From the IMG/VR virus record IMGVR_UViG_3300009155_000044, positions 32,001 through 96,000 of that record: a stretch of 64,000 bases of DNA. One strand, written 5' to 3'. Below the pieces are notes generated by a model. That model ran no database searches. It worked only from the letters and a program-made list of their open reading frames with translations, and was not told where the DNA came from. Positions 1 through 7,033 of the stretch are shown here, piece by piece. The first letter of the stretch is position 1; each line of letters begins with the position of its first letter. The stretch is from a virus. A program made the position numbers and the translations under genes.

Positions 1-133
1 ACCCCTCGCTAGCAAAGGGGCACAGATTGATCTTGCCATTCATTATGTTAGGGACGAAAGACAATCCCCATGTCATGATGCCCATTTTTTCGCCTTTGAT
101 AATCTTCGTGTTGTTTTTAGAGAGTAACTTCAT
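1..133 (-). CDS. Partial small early ORF (runs off the window start), hypothetical
   Basis: ATG at 133 lies 6 nt downstream of TTGCAA-N16-TATAGT. It reads MKLLSKNNTKIIKGEKMGIMTWGLSFVPNIMNGKINLCPFASEG with no stop before position 1. Not in the ORF track. Confidence 0.65.
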   Translation of the reverse strand, partial: MKLLSKNNTKIIKGEKMGIMTWGLSFVPNIMNGKINLCPFASEG

Positions 134-213
134 GTCTGAACTATAGCACAGGAAAAAGAGATTGCAACGTTTTTTTGAATTTAAATTGATTTAAATTTTC
201 TGAAATTATTTAA

Positions 214-343
214 AATTCGCGGTTGACAAGGGCTGAAGCGATAGATGTTATAAGGGACTGGGAATTGATAACTCGTTGATTTTCAACGAGTTACGTGGGC
301 GCGGGGCGCGAATTGCTAGTGCGTTGATTTTCAACGAGTTGCA
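214..343 (+). repeat. Inter-cassette element copy 1 (TTGACA box plus two palindromes 48 bp apart)
   Basis: TTGACA at 223; TAACTCGTTGA-TTT-TCAACGAGTTA at 269-293; second CGTTGATTTTCAACG at 322. Confidence 0.95.
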
Positions 344-396
344 CATCCCCTGAAGCAGAGAAGCCCACCCCGAAGGGTGGGCTAAACTTGCTCGTA

Positions 397-738
397 TTAA
401 ATATCTCCTTTCAGAAAATCTGATCGAGTTGCCTCCAAATTATTTATGGCTACATCGAGAGCGTTAATGAGTTTATCGCGAGCATTAATGAGTTTTTGGA
501 CATCGAAACTAGGCTTTTTAATTTTGCCATTTTGATACCACCAGTCTTTTGAGCCATCAGGGCACTCAATGACAGGACCATCATAGCGACGGAGCTTTCC
601 ATTTTGATACCAACATTTTAAGCCACTAGCACACTCTACGGCAGGACCATCATCGCGATGGAGTATAGATTGGCCTGCATCGCAGTAATAATATTTACTG
701 CCGCAAGGATGAATTACAATATATTGATTTTGATTCAT
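397..738 (-). CDS. Small repeat protein with LHRxDGPAxE...WYxNGK repeats (common phage hypothetical)
   Basis: Two copies of the DGP(A/V)xE-x-x-x-G-x-K-x-WYQNGK motif; own promoter and terminator. Confidence 0.8.
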   Translation of the reverse strand: MNQNQYIVIHPCGSKYYYCDAGQSILHRDDGPAVECASGLKCWYQNGKLRRYDGPVIECPDGSKDWWYQNGKIKKPSFDVQKLINARDKLINALDVAINNLEATRSDFLKGDI

Positions 739-808
739 GATTCTCTACTATAGACTAAAAGGGGAGTGGTGCAAGTCTTTTTTTGATTTAAAGTATTTTT
801 TTTTCTGA

Positions 809-938
809 AATTCGCTGTTGACAAGGGCTGAAGCGGTAGATGTTATAAGGGGCTGGGAATTGATAGCGCGTTGATTTTCAACGAGTTACGCGAATGCGGG
901 GCGCGAATTGCTAGTGCGTTGAAAGTCAACGAGTTACG
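809..938 (+). repeat. Inter-cassette element copy 2
   Basis: TTGACA at 818; palindromes at 869 and 917 (second core GAAAGTC). Confidence 0.95.
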
Positions 939-1004
939 CAATCCCATTTGGGTGGACGCGAAAAACCCCGCAATCGGTTAGGATTGCGGGGCTTGCGCTA
1001 GCGG

Positions 1005-1763
1005 TTAGGCGACCAGCATTTCAGCATCGATTTCAATGATGCTGTCATGTTTCGCAACCCGATCAAACACGCTTTGCATCACCATGGTGCGCTGGGGCAA
1101 CTTGGTCAAATCTCCGTTCTTGAGATTTTCAGTGACAGAGTTGTAAAGACTCCACAGGGAATTGCCAGTGAACTCAGGATGACGGGGAGCGCGAAACTCC
1201 AGAATCGCGTTGTAAATGTCGCGAGCGGGGAAGGCTTTGCTATCTACCAACTTCACTAGCAAGTCCGAAGCGGTGGCGTCACCGATCACGGTTTCTTGAT
1301 AAGCTTTGATGCGCTTGCCCATGTCATTCCAGTGACTCACCACGCGGGACACTGCACTAGCGAGAACGCGAGGAATGTCATTCATGATGTTGGTAGTGTG
1401 GCGGCGAGCCAGCTTGATATCGCTTGCGAAGCACAAGTTATCACAAACGATCATGCGGTTGCCAACGCAAATGCTGGCGGCGAAAGTTTTATCGTGAGCG
1501 TTTCGGAGACCCAGCACGATGTTGCGATCAGCACTGTCAATGCCAGTTCCGCGCAAAGCGAAACCTCCAAAGTAGCGCAAGCCGCCGCGAGAGAGAGCGT
1601 GTTCTTCCTCGACGATTTCCAGGCCAGCATTGGAAATGGCAGTCCTGGTAGACTCTGCCAGCAAAGCATGAGGAATGGGTTGGAAACGATCCACAGCATC
1701 GGGAGTGGGAACGTTGGCGAGGGCAAGAGCGGAAACGACGTTTTTGGCAAGGAGGAGAGACAT
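1005..1763 (-). CDS. DUF932-like protein
   Basis: Motifs PIPHALL, RYFGGF and GLRNAHDKTFAASICVGNRMIVCDNLCF; promoter TTGCGC-N16-TATAGT at 1816-1843. Confidence 0.75.
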   Translation of the reverse strand: MSLLLAKNVVSALALANVPTPDAVDRFQPIPHALLAESTRTAISNAGLEIVEEEHALSRGGLRYFGGFALRGTGIDSADRNIVLGLRNAHDKTFAASICVGNRMIVCDNLCFASDIKLARRHTTNIMNDIPRVLASAVSRVVSHWNDMGKRIKAYQETVIGDATASDLLVKLVDSKAFPARDIYNAILEFRAPRHPEFTGNSLWSLYNSVTENLKNGDLTKLPQRTMVMQSVFDRVAKHDSIIEIDAEMLVA

Positions 1764-1879
1764 ATGGTTATTAGCTAGTGGTTTGGTTTAAGAGTTGCAA
1801 CGTGCAACTAAAAAGACTATAGACGAGATTCTGGAAGGCGCAACATTTATTTTGAGTTTCATGCAATTATTTTTTTCGA

Positions 1880-2004
1880 AATTCGCGGTTGACAAGGATG
1901 AAAGCAATAGATGTTATACGATGGTGCGAATTGATAACTCGTTGATTTTCAACGACTTACGCGGGCGCGGGGCGCGAATTGCTAGTGCGTTGAAAGTCAA
2001 CGAT
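1880..2004 (+). repeat. Inter-cassette element copy 3
   Basis: TTGACA at 1889; palindromes at 1940 and 1988 (second core GAAAGTC). Confidence 0.95.
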
Positions 2005-2072
2005 TTAGCGATGAGCAGAAAAAAGCCCACTCCGAAGAGTGGGCTAGTAGAGTTAGCGTGTTAGAGGATGAC

Positions 2073-2261
2073 TCATTCAGATTCAACCTTGTTGATCCAC
2101 TCGTCCATAATTTTTAGGTCTTCCTTTTCTTTGTTGCAGTATTCCATTTCTGGCATGTATCCATGAGTCAAAATTGACTCATGCCACTGTTCATTTTCTT
2201 TCATAGCGTTTGCCACTAGGCTGCAAATGATTGCCATGACTTCGTTTGATGGTTTTTCCAT
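2073..2261 (-). CDS. Hypothetical small protein
   Basis: 62-aa ORF directly downstream of the SprT-like gene and followed by a terminator. Confidence 0.7.
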   Translation of the reverse strand: MEKPSNEVMAIICSLVANAMKENEQWHESILTHGYMPEMEYCNKEKEDLKIMDEWINKVESE

Positions 2262-2270
2262 TTTGTTATT

Positions 2271-2603
2271 TTAGTTGATTTTTATGAATCGGGAAGGAGA
2301 AACTCCGATCTTCAAACACTGTAGCTTGAAACTCTTTCCATGCAAATCATTTTTTCCATTTTTAATTGGCCAGCCGCCATGTTCGCGCCAGTCTAAAAAG
2401 TGTGCCATTTCATGCTTTAAAATGCTGAAAAATAGTTTGCCGCTTTTCAAAGAGGTGAGAGAAAAAATGATTTTGTTGTTTTCAACATCTGCCAAAGCTA
2501 AAGCCCACTTGAGCGAATCGTTCCACTCCAACTGGACATCATCTAGGTTCCATCGTTGCAGCAGAGAAGATGCTGCAAGTTGAGCTTCAGCTTTGGAAAT
2601 CAT
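2271..2603 (-). CDS. SprT-like zinc metalloprotease domain protein
   Basis: HEMAH (HEXXH) plus downstream HGKSF motif. Likely start is MISK at 2603, because the track's extension to 2642 overlaps the tRNA remnant. Confidence 0.75.
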   Translation of the reverse strand: MISKAEAQLAASSLLQRWNLDDVQLEWNDSLKWALALADVENNKIIFSLTSLKSGKLFFSILKHEMAHFLDWREHGGWPIKNGKNDLHGKSFKLQCLKIGVSPSRFIKIN

Positions 2604-2617
2604 GAGATTAGAAAAAG

Positions 2618-2655
2618 TACACCTGCTGGGGATCGAACCCATGAGCTACAGGTGT
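2618..2655 (-). pseudogene. tRNA remnant (acceptor stem and T-arm only; D-loop, anticodon arm and variable loop missing)
   Basis: Minus strand reads ACACCTG-TAGCTCA-TGGG-TTCGATC-CCCAG-CAGGTGT-A: perfect 7-bp acceptor stem, canonical T8-A14 and TTCGA loop, no CCA. Confidence 0.75.
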
Positions 2656-2662
2656 AAAGTGT

Positions 2663-2842
2663 TTATTCCAGCCGAAAAGCTTTTTTTCGCAAGCTCTCAT
2701 CAACTTGCTTTTCCAGCCATGACTTTTGTTCAAAAACTTTTGAACCATAAACTGGATTGGACTGTGCGGCAGTGAACCACTGCTCCATTTGCTTGTCGCT
2801 TGGAAACAGAATTTGCTGAAGGAAGTAGAAGATTTTTTTCAT
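2663..2842 (-). CDS. Hypothetical 59-aa protein
   Basis: MKKIFYFLQQILFPSDKQ...KAFRLE-stop, translated by hand; same strand as neighbours; below the track cutoff. Confidence 0.55.
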   Translation of the reverse strand: MKKIFYFLQQILFPSDKQMEQWFTAAQSNPVYGSKVFEQKSWLEKQVDESLRKKAFRLE

Positions 2843-2893
2843 AGTAGTATAGTGGAGATTTAAAATGACAGGTTTTGCGCGAGAGTCAAGAAA

Positions 2894-3244
2894 TTATTCT
2901 TCATCGTAATTTTCTTCATTCTCTTCTTCATCCACTTCTGATTCGATGAGATCAATCAAGTCATCAAAAGTGGGACCGTTGCGAAATGCTGCTTCATATC
3001 CCTTGCCCATTCCGACAGAGGCAGACAGCGCTCCAAGGAACTCTGGACACAAGAATCGTCTCTGATCATCTGGGAATGATTGCAGCATGTGTTCGATGCT
3101 ATTAACAATTTCGCCAATCTGATTAGCGCTGTCACTAATCTGCTCCAGCATTTCTTTTTTATTCATGATGTTAATGGGTTGGAATGTTGTTGAACCGTCC
3201 AGAATGATACCACAGGTTTGAAGGACTGCAACTTTTATTTTCAA
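2894..3244 (-). CDS. Hypothetical protein with acidic C-terminus
   Basis: ORF track. The start may instead be ATG 3166 (MNKKEMLEQ). Confidence 0.65.
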   Translation of the reverse strand: MKIKVAVLQTCGIILDGSTTFQPINIMNKKEMLEQISDSANQIGEIVNSIEHMLQSFPDDQRRFLCPEFLGALSASVGMGKGYEAAFRNGPTFDDLIDLIESEVDEEENEENYDEE

Positions 3245-3249
3245 TTAAA

Positions 3250-3447
3250 TTATTCGTTCAGCGCTGTGAAACAGCGGGATCCAATCAGGTCGTCAACATA
3301 ATCTGGTTCCAGCAGAAATTCGTGCGCGAGAATGCGCTCTGGAGACTCACCATCCCACACGCGAGCGCGAGCCTCATTAACACATTGGCGAGCTTCATCA
3401 GGGAGAACTCCATCGCGGCGAATAATAATTTCTTCTATAATGTTCAT
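3250..3447 (-). CDS. Conserved small phage hypothetical protein (RDG...EAR...LEPDY type)
   Basis: ORF track; TTGACA-N16-TACTAT 6 nt upstream of the ATG. Confidence 0.75.
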   Translation of the reverse strand: MNIIEEIIIRRDGVLPDEARQCVNEARARVWDGESPERILAHEFLLEPDYVDDLIGSRCFTALNE

Positions 3448-3486
3448 GAGGCTATAGTAATGCGATGAAAGATCTTGTCAAGAGAG

Positions 3487-3576
3487 AGTTGCAAGCGAGT
3501 GAGTTGCAAATAGAGGAGTTGCAAATAGCGAAGTTGCAAATAGCGAAGTTGCAAATAGCGAAGTTGCAAATAGCAG
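3487..3576. repeat. 15-bp tandem repeat, six copies (consensus AGTTGCAAATAGCGA)
   Basis: AGTTGCAA recurs at 3487, 3502, 3517, 3532, 3547 and 3562. Confidence 0.95.
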
Positions 3577-3615
3577 TGTGTTAAATAGGAGTAGCAAAAA
3601 AATACAAAGCAATCT

Positions 3616-3740
3616 TGTAACTCGTTGATTTTCAACGTACTAGCAATTTGCGCCCCAAGATTGCGTAACTCATTGATTTTGAACGACTTACGCGAACGCG
3701 GGGCGCGAACTCGTAACTCGTTGATTTTCAACGACTTAGC
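3616..3740. repeat. Variant inter-cassette element (three palindromes, one spacer inverted)
   Basis: Palindromes at 3623, 3671 and 3719 in 48-bp steps; the first spacer is the reverse complement of the standard spacer. Confidence 0.9.
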
Positions 3741-3799
3741 AATTCCTATTCCTTGATAGAAAAAAACCCACCCTTTCGGGTGGGCCAAGTTTGATTGAT

Positions 3800-4087
3800 T
3801 CAGATTTTTTCCCAGAGGTCGCCTAGCAATTCCATCGTTTTTTCAAAGTGCAGGTCTTCCCTTTCAATAGCAGAGGTCAGGTCGCCGTAAGCTTTAACCC
3901 GCTTAGAATAAGCTTCCTCCAATTCCGCGTCCAATTTGTCGAGTACGGAATTAATGGTAGTTTGATTGTGAGCCAATGTAGACGCACTCCTTGCAAGGAG
4001 CACTTGAGCGTAGCTGAGTCGCCATTGCGCGTAGAAAAAGCGCAGGGTGAGGGACTTGTGACTAGAGATGAGATCGAATGAATTCAT
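3800..4087 (-). CDS. Hypothetical helical protein
   Basis: ORF track; TTGCGC-N16-TATAGT-N8-ATG; terminator downstream. Confidence 0.75.
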   Translation of the reverse strand: MNSFDLISSHKSLTLRFFYAQWRLSYAQVLLARSASTLAHNQTTINSVLDKLDAELEEAYSKRVKAYGDLTSAIEREDLHFEKTMELLGDLWEKI

Positions 4088-4158
4088 GATTCTCTACTAT
4101 AAACTAGAAAGGGAGTGGCGCAAGATCTTTTTTTGAATTTAAAGTATTTTTTTTCTGA

Positions 4159-4288
4159 AATTCGCTGTTGACAAGGGCGGAGGCGTGAGATGGTAGATGA
4201 GAGAGCGAATTGATAACCTGTTGATTTTCAACGACTTACGCGGGCGCGGGGCGCGAATTGCTAGTGCGTTGATTTTCAACGACTTACA
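4159..4288 (+). repeat. Inter-cassette element copy 5
   Basis: TTGACA at 4168; palindromes at 4219 and 4267. Confidence 0.95.
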
Positions 4289-4348
4289 GCGATGCATTCT
4301 CTAGCAACAAAAAAACCCACCCTTTCGGGTGGGTCGAGTTTGCTAGTG

Positions 4349-4774
4349 CTAGTGATTAACTATCATGTTCAATTTCCCACAGATGAACCGAATATTTTTT
4401 GCTTTTTTAAGCTGTACCCAAGATTCACGATTCCTATCAATAAACCATGAGAACTTGCTTTTTTGTGAGAGAAGGGAGCGGTAAAAGTTTTTGCCATTGA
4501 TAACTTTCTTTTCACCGTTTGGCAGAGTGAAGCTGATGCTAAAGAACTTTCCCTTACTGGCTTGAACTAGCGCTTCCAAGTGCGCGAACATTTTTTTCTG
4601 CTTTGCCATGCGGCAGAAGTGAGAGTTCAGCAGCATGAATGCTAGGGCTGCGCCCGTCACGATCCAAAGGACGAGGAAAAAGTAAAAGATGTTATGGCGC
4701 GAGATGTGAACGCCAAGGGCATTCATTTCGAGAGAGACAGCAATAAGTGAGGTGGTGGGCAAGAAGAATTTCAT
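4349..4774 (-). CDS. Hypothetical protein; hydrophobic N-terminal segment and basic C-terminal domain (KGKFFSISF...NG)
   Basis: ORF track; TTGCGC-N16-TATAGT-N8-ATG. Confidence 0.7.
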   Translation of the reverse strand: MKFFLPTTSLIAVSLEMNALGVHISRHNIFYFFLVLWIVTGAALAFMLLNSHFCRMAKQKKMFAHLEALVQASKGKFFSISFTLPNGEKKVINGKNFYRSLLSQKSKFSWFIDRNRESWVQLKKAKNIRFICGKLNMIVNH

Positions 4775-4846
4775 GATTCCCTACTATACATGAGAGAGAG
4801 TAACGCGCAAGTCTTTTTTTTTGAATTTAAAGTATTTTTTTTCTGA

Positions 4847-4976
4847 AATTCGCTGTTGACAAGGGCGGAGGCGTGAGATGTTAGATGAGAGAGCGAATTG
4901 ATAACTCGTTGATTTTCAACGACTTACGCGGGCGCGGGGCGCAAATTGCTAGTGCGTTGATTTTCAACGACTTACA
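4847..4976 (+). repeat. Inter-cassette element copy 6
   Basis: TTGACA at 4856; palindromes at 4907 and 4955. Confidence 0.95.
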
Positions 4977-5081
4977 ACAGCGCATTTTCTAGCAACAAAA
5001 AAACCCACCCTTTCGGGTGGGTCGAGTTTGCCAGCACTAGTGATTAACCATCATGTTCAATTTTCCACAGATGAACCGACG

Positions 5082-5282
5082 TCAGTCGGGAAGATTGTGC
5101 CAACCAAAGTACTCATCTTCCTGACCATGTAGCCTATCCTTTTCGCGCTGAGATTGAATAGTGCGATTGCTCTTACAGTATTCGCAGCTGCCATGGTTGC
5201 GGCAAGTGCGGTCAAAGGCTAAACTGCGGCGATACTGAACGCGCTTTTCTTTACCGTATTTGATTGCTTTTTCTAGGCTCAT
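5082..5282 (-). CDS. Small conserved phage protein with CxxHxxCxxC motif (possible Zn binding)
   Basis: MSLEKAIKYGKEKR...DRTCRNHGSCEYC; promoter at 5296-5323. Confidence 0.75.
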   Translation of the reverse strand: MSLEKAIKYGKEKRVQYRRSLAFDRTCRNHGSCEYCKSNRTIQSQREKDRLHGQEDEYFGWHNLPD

Positions 5283-5359
5283 ATTTTGATTCCCTACTAT
5301 ACATGAGAGAGAGCAACGCGCAAGATCTTTTTATATGATTTATTATTTTTTTTTCTTGA

Positions 5360-5489
5360 ATTTCGCGGTTGACAAGGGCGGAGGCGTGAGATGTTAGATG
5401 AGAGAGCGAATTGATAACTCGTTGATTTTCAACGACTTACGCGAACGCGGGGCGCGAATTGCTAGCGCGTTGAAAGTCAACGAGTTACA
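5360..5489 (+). repeat. Inter-cassette element copy 7
   Basis: TTGACA at 5369; palindromes at 5420 and 5468 (second core GAAAGTC). Confidence 0.95.
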
Positions 5490-5549
5490 GCGCTGCATTC
5501 GCGAGCAGCAAAAAAACCCACCCTTTCGGGTGGGTCGAGTTTGCTAGTA

Positions 5550-5687
5550 TTAGTCTTCGACTGGATCTTCCACTTGAGCGTAGAACTCATCTAGGAAAGC
5601 GTCGTATTCCGCCACCTCACCCGCATCAGCGGGCCAATGTGGGGAAATGTTATCGAATAGGTTGTGGAAGGTAGTGGTATCGTTCAT
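5550..5687 (-). CDS. 45-aa highly acidic protein
   Basis: MNDTTTFHNLFDNISPHWPADAGEVAEYDAFLDEFYAQVEDPVED, lying between TTGCGC-N16-TATACT-N8-ATG and a terminator. Not in the track. Confidence 0.75.
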   Translation of the reverse strand: MNDTTTFHNLFDNISPHWPADAGEVAEYDAFLDEFYAQVEDPVED

Positions 5688-5759
5688 GATCCCCTAGTAT
5701 ACCAGACTGCGGGAAAGGCGCAAGACATTTTATTCATTTAAAAGATTTTCTTTTCTTGA

Positions 5760-5889
5760 ATTTCGCCCTTGACAATGGCGCGGGGCGTATTTGTTATACG
5801 GAGGGGCGAATTGATAACTCGTTGATTTTCAAGGGGTTACGCGAACGGGGGGCGCGAATTGCTAGCGCGTTGATTTTCAACGAGTTACA
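5760..5889 (+). repeat. Inter-cassette element copy 8
   Basis: TTGACA at 5769; palindromes at 5820 and 5868. Confidence 0.93.
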
Positions 5890-5996
5890 ACGACGTATTT
5901 TGCTAGTGCTAGTATAACAGAAGCCCACCCTTTCGGGTGGGCCGACTTGCTAGCGTTAGGAGTGCCCACCCTTTCGGGTGGGCTAGTTTACTAATG

Positions 5997-6179
5997 TCAG
6001 ACATCGCATCCTTGACTCTGAAGGGACTTTTTAATTTCCTCCCATCGGCAAGCAGCTTGTTCAGCAAGCAGAGATGCTTCAACGTAAGCGTTAAGCGCTT
6101 CGCTCAATCTCTTTTCAAGACTGAGGATGATGATTTCATCGGTGAGGTGGAGGGATTCGGTTGCAGTGGTTTTTTCCAT
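5997..6179 (-). CDS. Hypothetical 60-aa protein
   Basis: Start reassigned to ATG 6179 (MEKTTATES), 6 nt after TTGCGT-N16-TATAGT. Confidence 0.7.
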   Translation of the reverse strand: MEKTTATESLHLTDEIIILSLEKRLSEALNAYVEASLLAEQAACRWEEIKKSLQSQGCDV

Positions 6180-6290
6180 GTTTTTACTATACGCGATGGA
6201 TGCGGGAACGCAAGTTTTATTTTTTCTTTTCAGAACTTTTTTCAAGGCACGAAAAAGCCCACTCTTTCGAGTGGGTTAAAGTTGATAGCG

Positions 6291-6482
6291 CTAGAGGCTT
6301 GTGATCCAATAGACTTTCGCGTTGTCAATGGCGTACATAGTTGCGCGATACAAGCGGCACTGCACTGATCGACCGCCATGCTGTTTCCAAAGCGCAATCG
6401 TTTCCGCGTGGAAAGCATCTGTCCAGCCATTGCTGTAACCTAAGTTTTTGTAACCTGCTTCAATCATTTCTTGCTCATTCAT
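6291..6482 (-). CDS. Hypothetical 63-aa protein
   Basis: ORF track; TTGCGT-N16-TATAGT-N8-ATG; terminator at about 6252. Confidence 0.75.
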   Translation of the reverse strand: MNEQEMIEAGYKNLGYSNGWTDAFHAETIALWKQHGGRSVQCRLYRATMYAIDNAKVYWITSL

Positions 6483-6618
6483 AGTCCCCTACTATAGGCG
6501 AGGGATGGCAGAACGCAAGTTTTATTTTGAACTTTTAGACGTTTTTTTCACGGCGGAAAAAGTTCCCAACGGAAGAAAAAAAGCTTGCGTTTCTTTCTCC
6601 ATGGGGTAAAGTGAAGGC

Positions 6619-6786
6619 ATGAACGAAATCACTAAAGCACAGAAATTGGCCATAGCTAAAATCACCGCATGGGAAAAAAAGATGTCAGAACTTGACACCT
6701 ACGATGAAATTGCCGATGCGTTAGAGCATGAACGGGATGCGCTAGAGTTCGGACGGGACAGCGCAAAGTATAACGGCGCACACTAA
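6619..6786 (+). CDS. Hypothetical 55-aa protein
   Basis: MNEITKAQKLAIAKITAWEKK...GAH; TTGCGT-N16-TAAAGT-N6-ATG. Not in the track. Confidence 0.7.
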   Translation: MNEITKAQKLAIAKITAWEKKMSELDTYDEIADALEHERDALEFGRDSAKYNGAH

Positions 6787-6838
6787 CCAAACAGCCCGCC
6801 CGAAAGGGCGGGCATCTAAACCTTAACACAAAATCAAA

Positions 6839-7033
6839 ATGACAAATCCGAATCCTAACTCTAACTCAATTTACAACATCCAAGAACTGGCGGATGTGTT
6901 ATTCAACACTAAAAATTTTAGCGGCAGTCAGATGAGAGCCATTAAAGAATGGGAGGATGAAAACGGCATCCTAACGCTGGACGAAAAGGTTGCCGCAATT
7001 CAGTTAGCGAATAAGATGTGGGACAACGCCTAA
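6839..7033 (+). CDS. Hypothetical 64-aa protein
   Basis: ORF track; followed by a terminator at 7047-7072. Confidence 0.7.
   Translation: MTNPNPNSNSIYNIQELADVLFNTKNFSGSQMRAIKEWEDENGILTLDEKVAAIQLANKMWDNA

Larger units (their letters stand above)
140..6612. promoter_or_regulatory. Eleven sigma70-type early promoters, TTG(C/A)nn-N16-TA(T/A/C)nnT
   Basis: Minus strand: 140-167, 747-774, 1816-1843, 3454-3481, 4096-4123, 4783-4810, 5296-5323, 5696-5723, 6186-6213, 6491-6518. Plus strand: 6585-6612. All spacers count 16 bp. Confidence 0.85.

Noticed and set aside
1047-2064. Plus-strand and nested ORFs 1047-1259, 1296-1778, 1424-1651, 1451-1750 and 1795-2064
   Set aside because: They are shadows of the DUF932-like gene or cross the repeat element, and have no promoter/terminator context.
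3444-3788. ORF with LQLRY repeats
   Set aside because: It runs through a terminator, the palindromic element, the 15-bp repeat and a promoter, so it is a by-product of regulatory DNA.
214-5889. Repeated palindromes as a CRISPR array
   Set aside because: The sequence between paired palindromes is conserved rather than unique, units are separated by whole genes, and no cas genes are visible.
5937-6430. ORFs 5937-6368 (+) and 6242-6430 (-)
   Set aside because: They overlap better-supported leaderless cassettes and cross terminators.
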